From the NCBI RefSeq assembly GCF_009914755.1, contig NC_060944.1: a DNA stretch of 64,000 nucleotides; one strand, 5' to 3'. The DNA is from the human T2T-CHM13v2.0 reference genome, Homo sapiens. The translations under genes were made by a program, and so were the position numbers. Below are positions 1-12,300 of the stretch, in pieces; the first letter of the stretch is position 1, and each line of letters begins with the position of its first letter. Under the pieces are notes generated by a model that searched no databases, was not told the DNA's origin, and worked only from the letters and a program-made list of their open reading frames with translations.

Positions 1-105
1 GCAGATTTGAAACACTCTTTTTGTAGTATCTGGAAGTGGACATTTGGAGCGCTTTCAGGCCTATGTTGAAAAAGGAAATATCTTCCCATAAAAACTAGAC
101 GGAAG

Positions 106-3100
106 CATTCTCAGAAACTTATTTGTGATGTGTTTGCTCAACTAACAGGATTGAACCATCGTTTTGAAGGAGCAGTTTTGAAACACTGTTTTCGTGGAAT
201 CTGCAAGTGGATATTTGGCTAGCTTTGAGGATTTCGTTGGAAACGGGATTACATATAAAAAGGAGACAGCAGCATTCTCAGAAACTTCTTTGTGATGTCT
301 GCATTCAATTCACAGAGTTGAGCATTCCCTTTCATAGAGCAGGTTGGAAACACTCTTTTTGTAGTATCTGGATGAGGACATTTGGAGCGCTTTCAGGCGT
401 ATGGTGAAAAAGGAAATATCTTCCCATAAAAACTAGACAGAAGCATTCTCAGAAGTTTATTTGTGATGTGTGCCCTCAACTAACAGAGTCGAACCTTTCT
501 TTTGATAGAGCAGTTTTGAAACACTCTTTTTGTAAAATCTGCAAGAGGATATTTGGATAGCTTTGAGGATTTCGTTGCAAACGGGAATGGCTTCATATAA
601 ACTCTAGACAGAAGCATTCTCAGAAACTTCGTTGGGATGTTTCGATTGAAGTCCCAGTGTTGAACATTCCCTTTTATAGAGCAGGTTGGAAACACTCTTT
701 CTGCATTCCCTGGAAGTGGACATTTGGAGCGCTTTCAGGACGACGGTGAAAATGGAAATATCTTCCAAGAAAATCTAGATAGAAGCAATGTCAGAAACTT
801 TTATGTGATGGATCTACTCAGCTAACAGAGTTGAACCTTTCTTTTGAGAGAGCAGTTTTGCAACACTCTTTTTGTGGAATATGCAAGTGGATATTAGGGC
901 AGCTTTGAGGATTTCGTTGGAAACGGGAATACATGTAAAAAGCAGACAGCAGCATTCTCAGAAACTTCTTTGTGATGTTTGCATTGAAGTCACAGAGTTG
1001 AACATTCCCTTTGAGAGAGCAGGTTTGAAACACGCCTTTTGTCATATCTGGAAGTGTCCATTCGGAGCGCATTCAGGCTTGTGTTGAAAAAGGAAATATC
1101 CTCCCAGAAAAACTAGACAGAAGCATTCTCAGAAACTTATCTGTGATGTATGTACTCAACTAACAGAACTAAACCATCGTTTTGAAGGAGCAGTTTTGAA
1201 ACACTCATTTTGCGGAATCTGCAAGTGGATATTTGGCTAGCTGGGAGGATTTCGTTGGAAACGGGATTACATACAAAAAGCAGACAGCAGCATTCTCAGA
1301 AACTTCTTTGTGATGTTTGCATTCAAGTCACAGAGTTGAACATTCCCTTTCATAGAGCAGGTTTGAAACACTCTTTTTGTAGTATCTGGATGTGGACATT
1401 TGGATCGCTTTCAGGCCTATGGTGAAAAAGGAAATATCTTCCCATGAAAACTAGACAGAAGCATTCTCAGAAACTTATTTGTGATGTGTGCCCTCAACTG
1501 ACAGTGTTGAACCTTTGTTTTGATAGAGCAGTTCTGAAACACACTTTTTGTAAAATCTGCAAGAGGATATTTGGATAGCTTTGAGGATTTCGTTCGAAAC
1601 GGGAATGTCTTCATGTAAACTCTAGACAGAAGCATTCTCAGAAACTGCTTTGGGATGTTTCAATTGAAGTCCCAGTGTTGAACATTCCCTTTCATAGAGC
1701 AGGTTTGAAACACTCTTTTTGTACTATCTGGAAGTGGACATTTGGAGCGCTTTCAGGTCTACGGTGAAAAAGGAGATATCTTCCAATAAAAACTAGATAG
1801 AAGCAATGTCAGAACTTTTTTCATGATGTATCTACTCAGCAAACAGAGTTGAACCTTTCTTTTGAGAGAGCAGTTTTGAAACACTCTTTTTGTGGAATAT
1901 GCAAGTGGGTATTAGGCCAGCTTGGAGGATTTCGTTGGAAACGGGAATACGTATAAAAAGCAGACAGCAGCATTGTCAGAAACTACTTTGTGATGTTTGC
2001 ATTCAAGTCACAGAATTGAACACTCCCTTTCACAGAGCAGGTTTGAAACACTCTTTTTGTAGTGTCTGTAAGTGAACATTTGGATTGCTTTCAGGCCTAA
2101 GGTGAAAAAGGAAATATCTTCCCATAAAAACTAGACAGAAGCATTCTCAGAAACTTGTTTGTGATGTGTGCCCTCTACTGACAGAGTTGAACCTTTCTTT
2201 GCAAAGAGCAGTTTTGAAACACCCTTTTTGTAGAATCTGCAAGAGGATATTTGGATAGCTTTGAGGATTTCTTGGGAAACGGGAATGTCTTCAGATAAAC
2301 TCTAGACAGAAGCATTCTCAGAAACTTCTTTGGGATGTTTCAATTGAAGTCACAGTGTTGAACATTCCCTTTCACAGAGCAGGTTTGAAACACTCTTTTT
2401 GTAGTGTCTATAAGTGAACATTTGGCGTGCTTTCAGGCGTAACGTGAAAAAGGAAATATCTTCCCATAAAAACTAGACAGAAGCATTCTCAGAAACTTGT
2501 TCTTGATGTGTCCCCTCTACTGACAGAGTTGAACCTTTCTTTGCAAAGAGCAGCTTTGAAACACACTTTTTGTAGAATCTGCAAGAGGATATTTGGATAG
2601 CTTGGAGGATTTCGTTGGAAACGGGTATGTCTTCAGATAAACTCTAGACAGAAGCATTCTCAGAAACTTCTTTGGGATGTTGCATTCAAGTCACAGAGTA
2701 GAACATTCCCATTCATAGAGCAGGTTGGAAACACTCTTTTTGTAGTATCTGGATGAGGACATTTGGAGCGCTTTCAGGCGTATGGTGAAAAAGGAAATAT
2801 CTTCCCGTAAAAACTAGACAGAAGCATTCTCAGAAGTTTATTTGTGATGTGTGCCCTCAACTAACAGAGTTGAACCTTTCTTTTGATAGAGCAGTTTTGA
2901 AACACTCTTTTTGTAAAATCTGCAAGAGGATATTTGGATAGCTTTGAGGATTTCGTTGCAAACGGGAATGGCTTCATATAAACTCTAGACAGAAGCATTC
3001 TCAGAAACTTCGTTGGGATGTTTCGATTGAAGTCCCAGTGTTGAACATTCCCTTTTATAGAGCAGGTTGGAAACACTCTTTCTGCATTCCCTGGAAGTGG

Positions 3101-3842
3101 ACATTTGGAGCGCTTTCAGGACGACGGTGAAAATGGAAATATCTTCCAAGAAAATCTAGATAGAAGCAATGTCAGAAACTTTTATGTGATGGATCTACTC
3201 AGCTAACAGAGTTGAACCTTTCTTTTGAGAGAGCAGTTTTGCAACACTCTTTTTGTGGAATATGCAAGTGGATATTAGGGCAGCTTTGAGGATTTCGTTG
3301 GAAACGGGAATACATGTAAAAAGCAGACAGCAGCATTCTCAGAAACTTCTTTGTGATGTTTGCATTGAAGTCACAGAGTTGAACATTCCCTTTGAGAGAG
3401 CAGGTTTGAAACACGCCTTTTGTCATATCTGGAATTGTCCATTCGGAGCGCATTCAGGCTTGTGTTGAAAAAGGAAATATCCTCCCAGAAAAACTAGACA
3501 GAAGCATTCTCAGAAACTTATGTGTGATGTATGTACTCAACTAACAGAACTAAACCATCGTTTTGAAGGAGCAGTTTTGAAACACTCTTTTTGCGGAATC
3601 TGCAAGTGGATATTTGGCTAGCTGGGAGGATTTCGTTGGAAACGGGATTACATACAAAAAGCAGAGAGCAGCATTCTCAGAAACTTCTTTGTGATGTTTG
3701 CATTCAAGTCACAGAGTTGAACATTCCCTTTCATAGAGCAGGTTTGAAACACTCTTTTTGTAGTATCTGGAAGTGGACATTTGGAGCGCTTTCAGGCCTA
3801 TGTTGAAAAAGGAAATATCTTCCCATAAAAACTAGACGGAAG
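106..3842 (+). repeat. Compound 22-monomer unit (3737 bp): m1-m15, m16/m2 hybrid, m3-m7, m8/m16 hybrid (equivalent to a 14-mer plus an 8-mer)
   Basis: Minus-strand marker ORF at 480, 2861 (+2381) and 4217 (+1356). Hybrid monomers are readable at 2712-2723 and 3743-3771. Confidence 0.92.
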
Positions 3843-3968
3843 CATTCTCAGAAACTTATTTGTGATGTGTTTGCTCAACTAACAGGATTGAACCATCGTT
3901 TTGAAGGAGCAGTTTTGAAACACTGTTTTCGTGGAATCTGCAAGTGGATATTTGGCTAGCTTTGAGGA

Positions 3969-3985
3969 TTTCGTTGGAAACGGGA
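3969..3985 (+). other. CENP-B box, m1 (canonical; recurs in every m1)
   Basis: tttcgttggaaacggga matches YTTCGTTGGAARCGGGA. Confidence 0.97.
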
Positions 3986-4306
3986 TTACATATAAAAAGG
4001 AGACAGCAGCATTCTCAGAAACTTCTTTGTGATGTCTGCATTCAATTCACAGAGTTGAGCATTCCCTTTCATAGAGCAGGTTGGAAACACTCTTTTTGTA
4101 GTATCTGGATGAGGACATTTGGAGCGCTTTCAGGCGTATGGTGAAAAAGGAAATATCTTCCCGTAAAAACTAGACAGAAGCATTCTCAGAAGTTTATTTG
4201 TGATGTGTGCCCTCAACTAACAGAGTTGAACCTTTCTTTTGATAGAGCAGTTTTGAAACACTCTTTTTGTAAAATCTGCAAGAGGATATTTGGATAGTTT
4301 TGAGGA

Positions 4307-4323
4307 TTTCGTTGCAAACGGGA
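4307..4323 (+). other. CENP-B box, m3 (variant, 9-bp core intact)
   Basis: tttcgttgcaaacggga retains nTTCGnnnnAnnCGGGn. Confidence 0.9.
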
Positions 4324-4648
4324 ATGGCTTCATATAAACTCTAGACAGAAGCATTCTCAGAAACTTCGTTGGGATGTTTCGATTGAAGTCCCAGTGTTGA
4401 ACATTCCCTTTTATAGAGCAGGTTGGAAACACTCTTTCTGCATTCCCTGGAAGTGGACATTTGGAGCGCTTTCAGGACGACGGTGAAAATGGAAATATCT
4501 TCCAAGAAAATCTAGATAGAAGCAATGTCAGAAACTTTTATGTGATGGATCTACTCAGCTAACAGAGTTGAACCTTTCTTTTGAGAGAGCAGTTTTGCAA
4601 CACTCTTTTTGTGGAATATGCAAGTGGATATTAGGGCAGCTTTGAGGA

Positions 4649-4665
4649 TTTCGTTGGAAACGGGA
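4649..4665 (+). other. CENP-B box, m5 (canonical)
   Basis: tttcgttggaaacggga. Confidence 0.97.
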
Positions 4666-4986
4666 ATACATGTAAAAAGCAGACAGCAGCATTCTCAGAA
4701 ACTTCTTTGTGATGTTTGCATTGAAGTCACAGAGTTGAACATTCCCTTTGAGAGAGCAGGTTTGAAACACGCCTTTTGTCATATCTGGAAGTGTCCATTC
4801 GGAGCGCATTCAGGCTTGTGTTGAAAAAGGAAATATCCTCCCATAAAAACTAGACAGAAGCATTCTCAGAAACTTATCTGTGATGTATGTACTCAACTAA
4901 CAAAACTAAACCATCGTTTTGAAGGAGCAGTTTTGAAACACTCTTTTTGCGGAATCTGCAAGTGGATATTTGGCTAGCTGGGAGGA

Positions 4987-5003
4987 TTTCGTTGGAAACG
5001 GGA
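4987..5003 (+). other. CENP-B box, m7 (canonical)
   Basis: tttcgttggaaacggga. Confidence 0.97.
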
Positions 5004-5153
5004 TTACATACAAAAAGCAGAGAGCAGCATTCTCAGAAACTTCTTTGTGATGTTTGCATTCAAGTCACAGAGTTGAACATTCCCTTTCATAGAGCAGGTT
5101 TGAAACACTCTTTTTGTAGTATCTGGATGTGGACATTTGGATCGCTTTCAGGC

Positions 5154-5170
5154 CTATGGTGAAAAAGGAA
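5154..5170 (-). other. pJalpha-type box of A monomers (example in m8; degenerate versions in the other even monomers)
   Basis: ctatggtgaaaaaggaa is the reverse complement of TTCCTTTTTCACCATAG and sits at the position homologous to the CENP-B box. Confidence 0.75.
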
Positions 5171-5324
5171 ATATCTTCCCATGAAAACTAGACAGAAGCA
5201 TTCTCAGAAACTTATTTGTGATGTGTGCCCTCAACTGACAGTGTTGAACCTTTGTTTTGATAGAGCAGTTCTGAAACACACTTTTTGTAAAATCTGCAAG
5301 AGGATATTTGGATAGCTTTGAGGA

Positions 5325-5341
5325 TTTCGTTCGAAACGGGA
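5325..5341 (+). other. CENP-B box, m9 (TTCGAA variant here; canonical in most units)
   Basis: tttcgttcgaaacggga: core intact, with an extra CpG. Confidence 0.9.
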
Positions 5342-5666
5342 ATGTCTTCATGTAAACTCTAGACAGAAGCATTCTCAGAAACTGCTTTGGGATGTTTCAA
5401 TTGAAGTCCCAGTGTTGAACATTCCCTTTCATAGAGCAGGTTTGAAACACTCTTTTTGTACTATCTGGAAGTGGACATTTGGAGCGCTTTCAGGTCTACG
5501 GTGAAAAAGGAGATATCTTCCAATAAAAACTAGATAGAAGCAATGTCAGAACTTTTTTCATGATGTATCTACTCAGCAAACAGAGTTGAACCTTTCTTTT
5601 GAGAGAGCAGTTTTGAAACACTCTTTTTGTGGAATATGCAAGTGGGTATTAGGCCAGCTTGGAGGA

Positions 5667-5683
5667 TTTCGTTGGAAACGGGA
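5667..5683 (+). other. CENP-B box, m11 (canonical)
   Basis: tttcgttggaaacggga. Confidence 0.97.
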
Positions 5684-6004
5684 ATACGTATAAAAAGCAG
5701 ACAGCAGCATTGTCAGAAACTACTTTGTGATGTTTGCATTCAAGTCACAGAATTGAACACTCCCTTTCACAGAGCAGGTTTGAAACACTCTTTTTGTAGT
5801 GTCTGTAAGTGAACATTTGGATTGCTTTCAGGCCTAAGGTGAAAAAGGAAATATCTTCCCATAAAAACTAGACAGAAGCATTCTCAGAAACTTGTTTGTG
5901 ATGTGTGCCCTCTACTGACAGAGTTGAAGCTTTCTTTGCAAAGAGCAGTTTTGAAACACTCTTTTTGTAGAATCTGCAAGAGGATATTTGGATAGCTTTG
6001 AGGA

Positions 6005-6021
6005 TTTCTTGGGAAACGGGA
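6005..6021 (+). other. Degenerate CENP-B box, m13 (core broken in all units)
   Basis: tttcttgggaaacggga has TTCT in place of the essential TTCG. Confidence 0.9.
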
Positions 6022-6346
6022 ATGTCTTCAGATAAACTCTAGACAGAAGCATTCTCAGAAACTTCTTTGGGATGTTTCAATTGAAGTCACAGTGTTGAAC
6101 ATTCCCTTTCACAGAGCAGCTTTGAAACACTCTTTTTGTAGTGTCTATAAGTGAACATTTGGCGTGCTTTCAGGCCTAACGTGAAAAAGGAAATATCTTC
6201 CCATAAAAACTAGACAGAAGCATTCTCAGAAACTTGTTCTTGATGTGTCCCCTCTACTGACAGAGTTGAACCTTTCTTTGCAAAGAGCAGCTTTGAAACA
6301 CTCTTTTTGTAGAATCTGCAAGAGGATATTTGGATAGCTTGGAGGA

Positions 6347-6363
6347 TTTCGTTGGAAACGGGT
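6347..6363 (+). other. CENP-B box, m15 (core intact, terminal T)
   Basis: tttcgttggaaacgggt. Confidence 0.9.
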
Positions 6364-9300
6364 ATGTCTTCAGATAAACTCTAGACAGAAGCATTCTCAG
6401 AAACTTCTTTGGGATGTTGCATTCAAGTCACAGAGTAGAACATTCCCATTCATAGAGCAGATTTGAAACACTCTTTTTGTAGTATCTGGAAGTGGACATT
6501 TGGAGCGCTTTCAGGCCTATGTTGAAAAAGGAAATATCTTCCCATAAAAACTAGACGGAAGCATTCTCAGAAACTTATTTGTGATGTGTTTGCTCAACTA
6601 ACAGGATTGAACCATCGTTTTGAAGGAGCAGTTTTGAAACACTGTTTTCGTGGAATCTGCAAGTGGATATTTGGCTAGCTTTGAGGATTTCGTTGGAAAC
6701 GGGATTACATATAAAAAGGAGACAGCAGCATTCTCAGAAACTTCTTTGTGATGTCTGCATTCAATTCACAGAGTTGAGCATTCCCTTTCATAGAGCAGGT
6801 TGGAAACACTCTTTTTGTAGTATCTGGATGAGGACATTTGGAGAGCTTTCAGGCGTATGGTGAAACAGGAAATATCTTCCCGTAAAAACTAGACAGAAGC
6901 ATTCTCAGAAGTTTATTTGTGATGTGTGCCCTCAACTAACAGAGTTGAACCTTTCTTTTGATAGAGCAGTTTTGAAACACTCTTTTTGTAAAATCTGCAA
7001 GAGGATATTTGGATAGCTTTGAGGATTTCGTTGCAAACGGGAATGGCTTCATATAAACTCTAGACAGAAGCATTCTCAGAAACTTCGTTGGGATGTTTCG
7101 ATTGAAGTCCCAGTGTTGAACATTCCCTTTTATAGAGCAGGTTGGAAACACTCTTTCTGCATTCCCTGGAAGTGGACATTTGGAGCGCTTTCAGGACGAC
7201 GGTGAAAATGGAAATATCTTCCAAGAAAATCTAGATAGAAGCAACGTCAGAAACTTTTATGTGATGGATCTACTCAGCTAACAGAGTTGAACCTTTCTTT
7301 TGAGAGAGCAGTTTTGCAACACTCTTTTTGTGGAATATGCAAGTGGATATTAGGGCAGCTTTGAGGATTTCGTTGGAAACGGGAATACATGTAAAAAGCA
7401 GACAGCAGCATTCTCAGAAACTTCTTTGTGATGTTTGCATTGAAGTCACAGAGTTGAACATTCCCTTTGAGAGAGCAGGTTTGAAACACGCCTTTTGTCA
7501 TATCTGGAAGTGTCCATTCGGAGCGCATTCAGGCTTGTGTTGAAAAAGGAAATATCCTCCCAGAAAAACTAGACAGAAGCATTCTCAGAAACTTATCTGT
7601 GATGTATGTACTCAACTAACAGAACTAAACCATCGTTTTGAAGGAGCAGTTTTGAAACACTCATTTTGCGGAATCTGCAAGTGGATATTTGGCTAGCTGG
7701 GAGGATTTCGTTGGAAACGGGATTACATACAAAAAGCAGAGAGCAGCATTCTAAGAAACTTCTTTGTGATGTTTGCATTCAAGTCACAGAGTTGAACATT
7801 CCCTTTCATAGAGCAGGTTTGAAACACTCTTTTTGTAGTATCTGGATGTGGACATTTGGATCGCTTTCAGGCCTATGGTGAAAAAGGAAATATCTTCCCA
7901 TGAAAACTAGACAGAAGCATTCTCAGAAACTTATTTGTGATGTGTGCCCTCAACTGACAGTGTTGAACCTTTGTTTTGATAGAGCAGTTCTGAAACACAC
8001 TTTTTGTAAAATCTGCAAGAGGATATTTGGATAGCTTTGAGGATTTCGTTCGAAACGGGAATGTCTTCATGTAAACTCTAGACAGAAGCATTCTCAGAAA
8101 CTGCTTTGGGATGTTTCAATTGAAGTCCCAGTGTTGAACATTCCCTTTCATAGAGCAGGTTTGAAACACTCTTTTTGTACTATCTGGAAGTGGACATTTG
8201 GAGCGCTTTCAGGTCTACGGTGAAAAAGGAGATATCTTCCAATAAAAACTAGATAGAAGCAATGTCAGAACTTTTTTCATGATGTATCTACTCAGCAAAC
8301 AGAGTTGAACCTTTCTTTTGAGAGAGCAGTTTTGAAACACTCTTTTTGTGGAATATGCAAGTGGGTATTAGCCCAGCTTGGAGGATTTCGTTGGAAACGG
8401 GAATACGTATAAAAAGCAGACAGCAGCATTGTCAGAAACTACTTTGTGATGTTTGCATTCAAGTCACAGAATTGAACACTCCCTTTCACAGAGCAGGTTT
8501 GAAACACTCTTTTTGTAGTGTCTGTAAGTGAACATTTGGATTGCTTTCAGGCCTAAGGTGAAAAAGGAAATATCTTCCCATAAAAACTAGACAGAAGCAT
8601 TCTCAGAAACTTGTTTGTGATGTGTGCCCTCTACTGACAGAGTTGAACCTTTCTTTGCAAAGAGCAGTTTTGAAACACCCTTTTTGTAGAATCTGCAAGA
8701 GGATATTTGGATAGCTTTGAGGATTTCTTGGGAAACGGGAATGTCTTCAGATAAACTCTAGACAGAAGCATTCTCAGAAACTTCTTTGGGATGTTTCAAT
8801 TGAAGTCACAGTGTTGAACATTCCCTTTCACAGAGCAGGTTTGAAACACTCTTTTTGTAGTGTCTATAAGTGAACATTTGGCGTGCTTTCAGGCGTAACG
8901 TGAAAAAGGAAATATCTTCCCATAAAAACTAGACAGAAGCATTCTCAGAAACTTGTTCTTGATGTGTCCCCTCTACTGACAGAGTTGAACCTTTCTTTGC
9001 AAAGAGCAGCTTTGAAACACACTTTTTGTAGAATCTGCAAGAGGATATTTGGATAGCTTGGAGGATTTCGTTGGAAACGGGTATGTCTTCAGATAAACTC
9101 TAGACAGAAGCATTCTCAGAAACTTCTTTGGGATGTTGCATTCAAGTCACAGAGTAGAACATTCCCATTCATAGAGCAGATTTGAAACACTCTTTTTGTA
9201 GTATCTGGAAGTGGACATTTGGAGCGCTTTCAGGCCTATGTTGAAAAAGGAAATATCTTCCCATAAAAACTAGACGGAAGCATTCTCAGAAACTTATTTG

Positions 9301-12300
9301 TGATGTGTTTGCTCAACTAACAGGATTGAACCATCGTTTTGAAGGAGCAGTTTTGAAACACTGTTTTCGTGGAATCTGCAAGTGGATATTTGGCTAGCTT
9401 TGAGGATTTCGTTGGAAACGGGATTACATATAAAAAGGAGACAGCAGCATTCTCAGAAACTTCTTTGTGATGTCTGCATTCAATTCACAGAGTTGAGCAT
9501 TCCCTTTCATAGAGCAGGTTGGAAACACTCTTTTTGTAGTATCTGGATGAGGACATTTGGAGCGCTTTCAGGCGTATGGTGAAAAAGGAAATATCTTCCC
9601 GTAAAAACTAGACAGAAGCATTCTCAGAAGTTTATTTGTGATGTGTGCCCTCAACTAACAGAGTTGAACCTTTCTTTTGATAGAGCAGTTTTGAAACACT
9701 CTTTTTGTAAAATCTGCAAGAGGATATTTGGATAGCTTTGAGGATTTCGTTGCAAACGGGAATGGCTTCATATAAACTCTAGACAGAAGCATTCTCAGAA
9801 ACTTCGTTGGGATGTTTCGATTGAAGTCCCAGTGTTGAACACTCCTTTTTATAGAGCAGGTTGGAAACACTCTTTCTGCATTCCCTGGAAGTGGACATTT
9901 GGAGCGCTTTCAGGACGACGGTGAAAATGGAAATATCTTCCAATAAAATCTAGATAGAAGCAATGTCAGAAACTTTTATGTGATGGATCTACTCAGCTAA
10001 CAGAGTTGAACCTTTCTTTTGAGAGAGCAGTTTTGCAACACTCTTTTTGTGGAATATGCAAGTGGATATTAGGGCAGCTTTGAGGATTTCGTTGGAAACG
10101 GGAATACATGTAAAAAGCAGACAGCAGCATTCTCAGAAACTTCTTTGTGATGTTTGCATTGAAGTCACAGAGTTGAACATTCCCTTTGAGAGAGCAGGTT
10201 TGAAACACGCCTTTTGTCATATCTGGAAGTGTCCATTCGGAGCGCATTCAGGCTTGTGTTGAAAAAGGAAATATCCTCCCAGAAAAACTAGACAGAAGCA
10301 TTCTCAGAAACTTATCTGTGATGTATGTACTCAACTAACAGAACTAAACCATCGCTTTGAAGGAGCAGTTTTGAAACACTCATTTTGCGGAATCTGCAAG
10401 TGGATATTTGGCTAGCTGGGAGGATTTCGTTGGAAACGGGATTACATACAAAAAGCAGACAGCAGCATTCTCAGAAACTTCTTTGTGATGTTTGCATTCA
10501 AGTCACAGAGTTGAACATTCCCTTTCATAGAGCAGGTTTGAAACACTCTTTTTGTAGTATCTGGATGTGGACATTTGGATCGCTTTCAGGCCTATGGTGA
10601 AAAAGGAAATATCTTCCCATGAAAACTAGACAGAAGCATTCTCAGAAACTTATTTGTGATGTGTGCCCTCAACTGACAGTGTTGAACCTTTGTTTTGATA
10701 GAGCAGTTCTGAAACACACTTTTTGTAAAATCTGCAAGAGGATATTTGGATAGCTTTGAGGATTTCGTTGGAAACGGGAATGTCTTCATGTAAACTCTAG
10801 ACAGAAGCATTCTCAGAAACTGCTTTGGGATGTTTCAATTGAAGTCCCAGTGTTGAACATTCCCTTTCATAGAGCAGGTTTGAAACACTCTTTTTGTACT
10901 ATCTGGAAGTGGACATTTGGAGCGCTTTCAGGTCTACGGTGAAAAAGGAGATATCTTCCAATAAAAACTAGATAGAAGCAATGTCAGAACTTTTTTCATG
11001 ATGTATCTACTCAGCAAACAGAGTTGAACCTTTCTTTTGAGAGAGCAGTTTTGAAACACTCTTTTTGTGGAATATGCAAGTGGGTATTAGGCCAGCTTGG
11101 AGGATTTCGTTGGAAACGGGAATACGTATAAAAAGCAGACAGCAGCATTGTCAGAAACTACTTTGTGATGTTTGCATTCAAGTCACAGAATTGAACACTC
11201 CCTTTCACAGAGCAGGTTTGAAACACTCTTTTTGTAGTGTCTGTAAGTGAACATTTGGATTGCTTTCAGGCCTAAGGTGAAAAAGGAAATATCTTCCCAT
11301 AAAAACTAGACAGAAGCATTCTCAGAAACTTGTTTGTGATGTGTGCCCTCTACTGACAGAGTTGAAGCTTTCTTTGCAAAGAGCAGTTTTGAAACACTCT
11401 TTTTGTAGAATCTGCAAGAGGATATTTGGATAGCTTTGAGGATTTCTTGGGAAACGGGAATGTCTTCAGATAAACTCTAGACAGAAGCATTCTCAGAAAC
11501 TTCTTTGGGATGTTTCAATTGAAGTCACAGTGTTGAACATTCCCTTTCACAGAGCAGGTTTGAAACACTCTTTTTGTAGTGTCTATAAGTGAACATTTGG
11601 CGTGCTTTCAGGCCTAACGTGAAAAAGGAAATATCTTCCCATAAAAACTAGACAGAAGCATTCTCAGAAACTTGTTCTTGATGTGTCCCCTCTACTGACA
11701 GAGTTGAACCTTTCTTTGCAAAGAGCAGCTTTGAAACACTCTTTTTGTAGAATCTGCAAGAGGATATTTGGATAGCTTGGAGGATTTCGTTGGAAACGGG
11801 TATGTCTTCAGATAAACTCTAGACAGAAGCATTCTCAGAAACTTCTTTGGGATGTTGCATTCAAGTCACAGAGTAGAACATTCCCATTCATAGAGCAGAT
11901 TTGAAACACTCTTTTTGTAGTATCTGGAAGTGGACATTTGGAGCGCTTTCAGGCCTATGTTGAAAAAGGAAATATCTTCCCATAAAAACTAGACGGAAGC
12001 ATTCTCAGAAACTTATTTGTGATGTGTTTGCTCAACTAACAGGATTGAACCATCGTTTTGAAGGAGCAGTTTTGAAACACTGTTTTCGTGGAATCTGCAA
12101 GTGGATATTTGGCTAGCTTTGAGGATTTCGTTGGAAACGGGATTACATATAAAAAGGAGACAGCAGCATTCTCAGAAACTTCTTTGTGATGTCTGCATTC
12201 AATTCACAGAGTTGAGCATTCCCTTTCATAGAGCAGGTTGGAAACACTCTTTTTGTAGTATCTGGATGAGGACATTTGGAGCGCTTTCAGGCGTATGGTG

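Larger units (their letters stand above)
3843..6561 (+). repeat. Reference canonical 16-mer HOR unit (2719 bp)
   Basis: Monomer starts at 3843, 4010, 4181, 4352, 4523, 4690, 4861, 5028, 5199, 5370, 5541, 5708, 5879, 6050, 6221, 6392; next unit at 6562. Lengths are 4x167 (m1, m5, m7, m11) + 11x171 + 1x170 (m16) = 2719. Confidence 0.95.

Noticed and set aside
3991-3997. TATA-like tataaaa in m1 (and m11) as a promoter
   Set aside because: It is expected in AT-rich satellite, and there is no other sequence support for a defined promoter.
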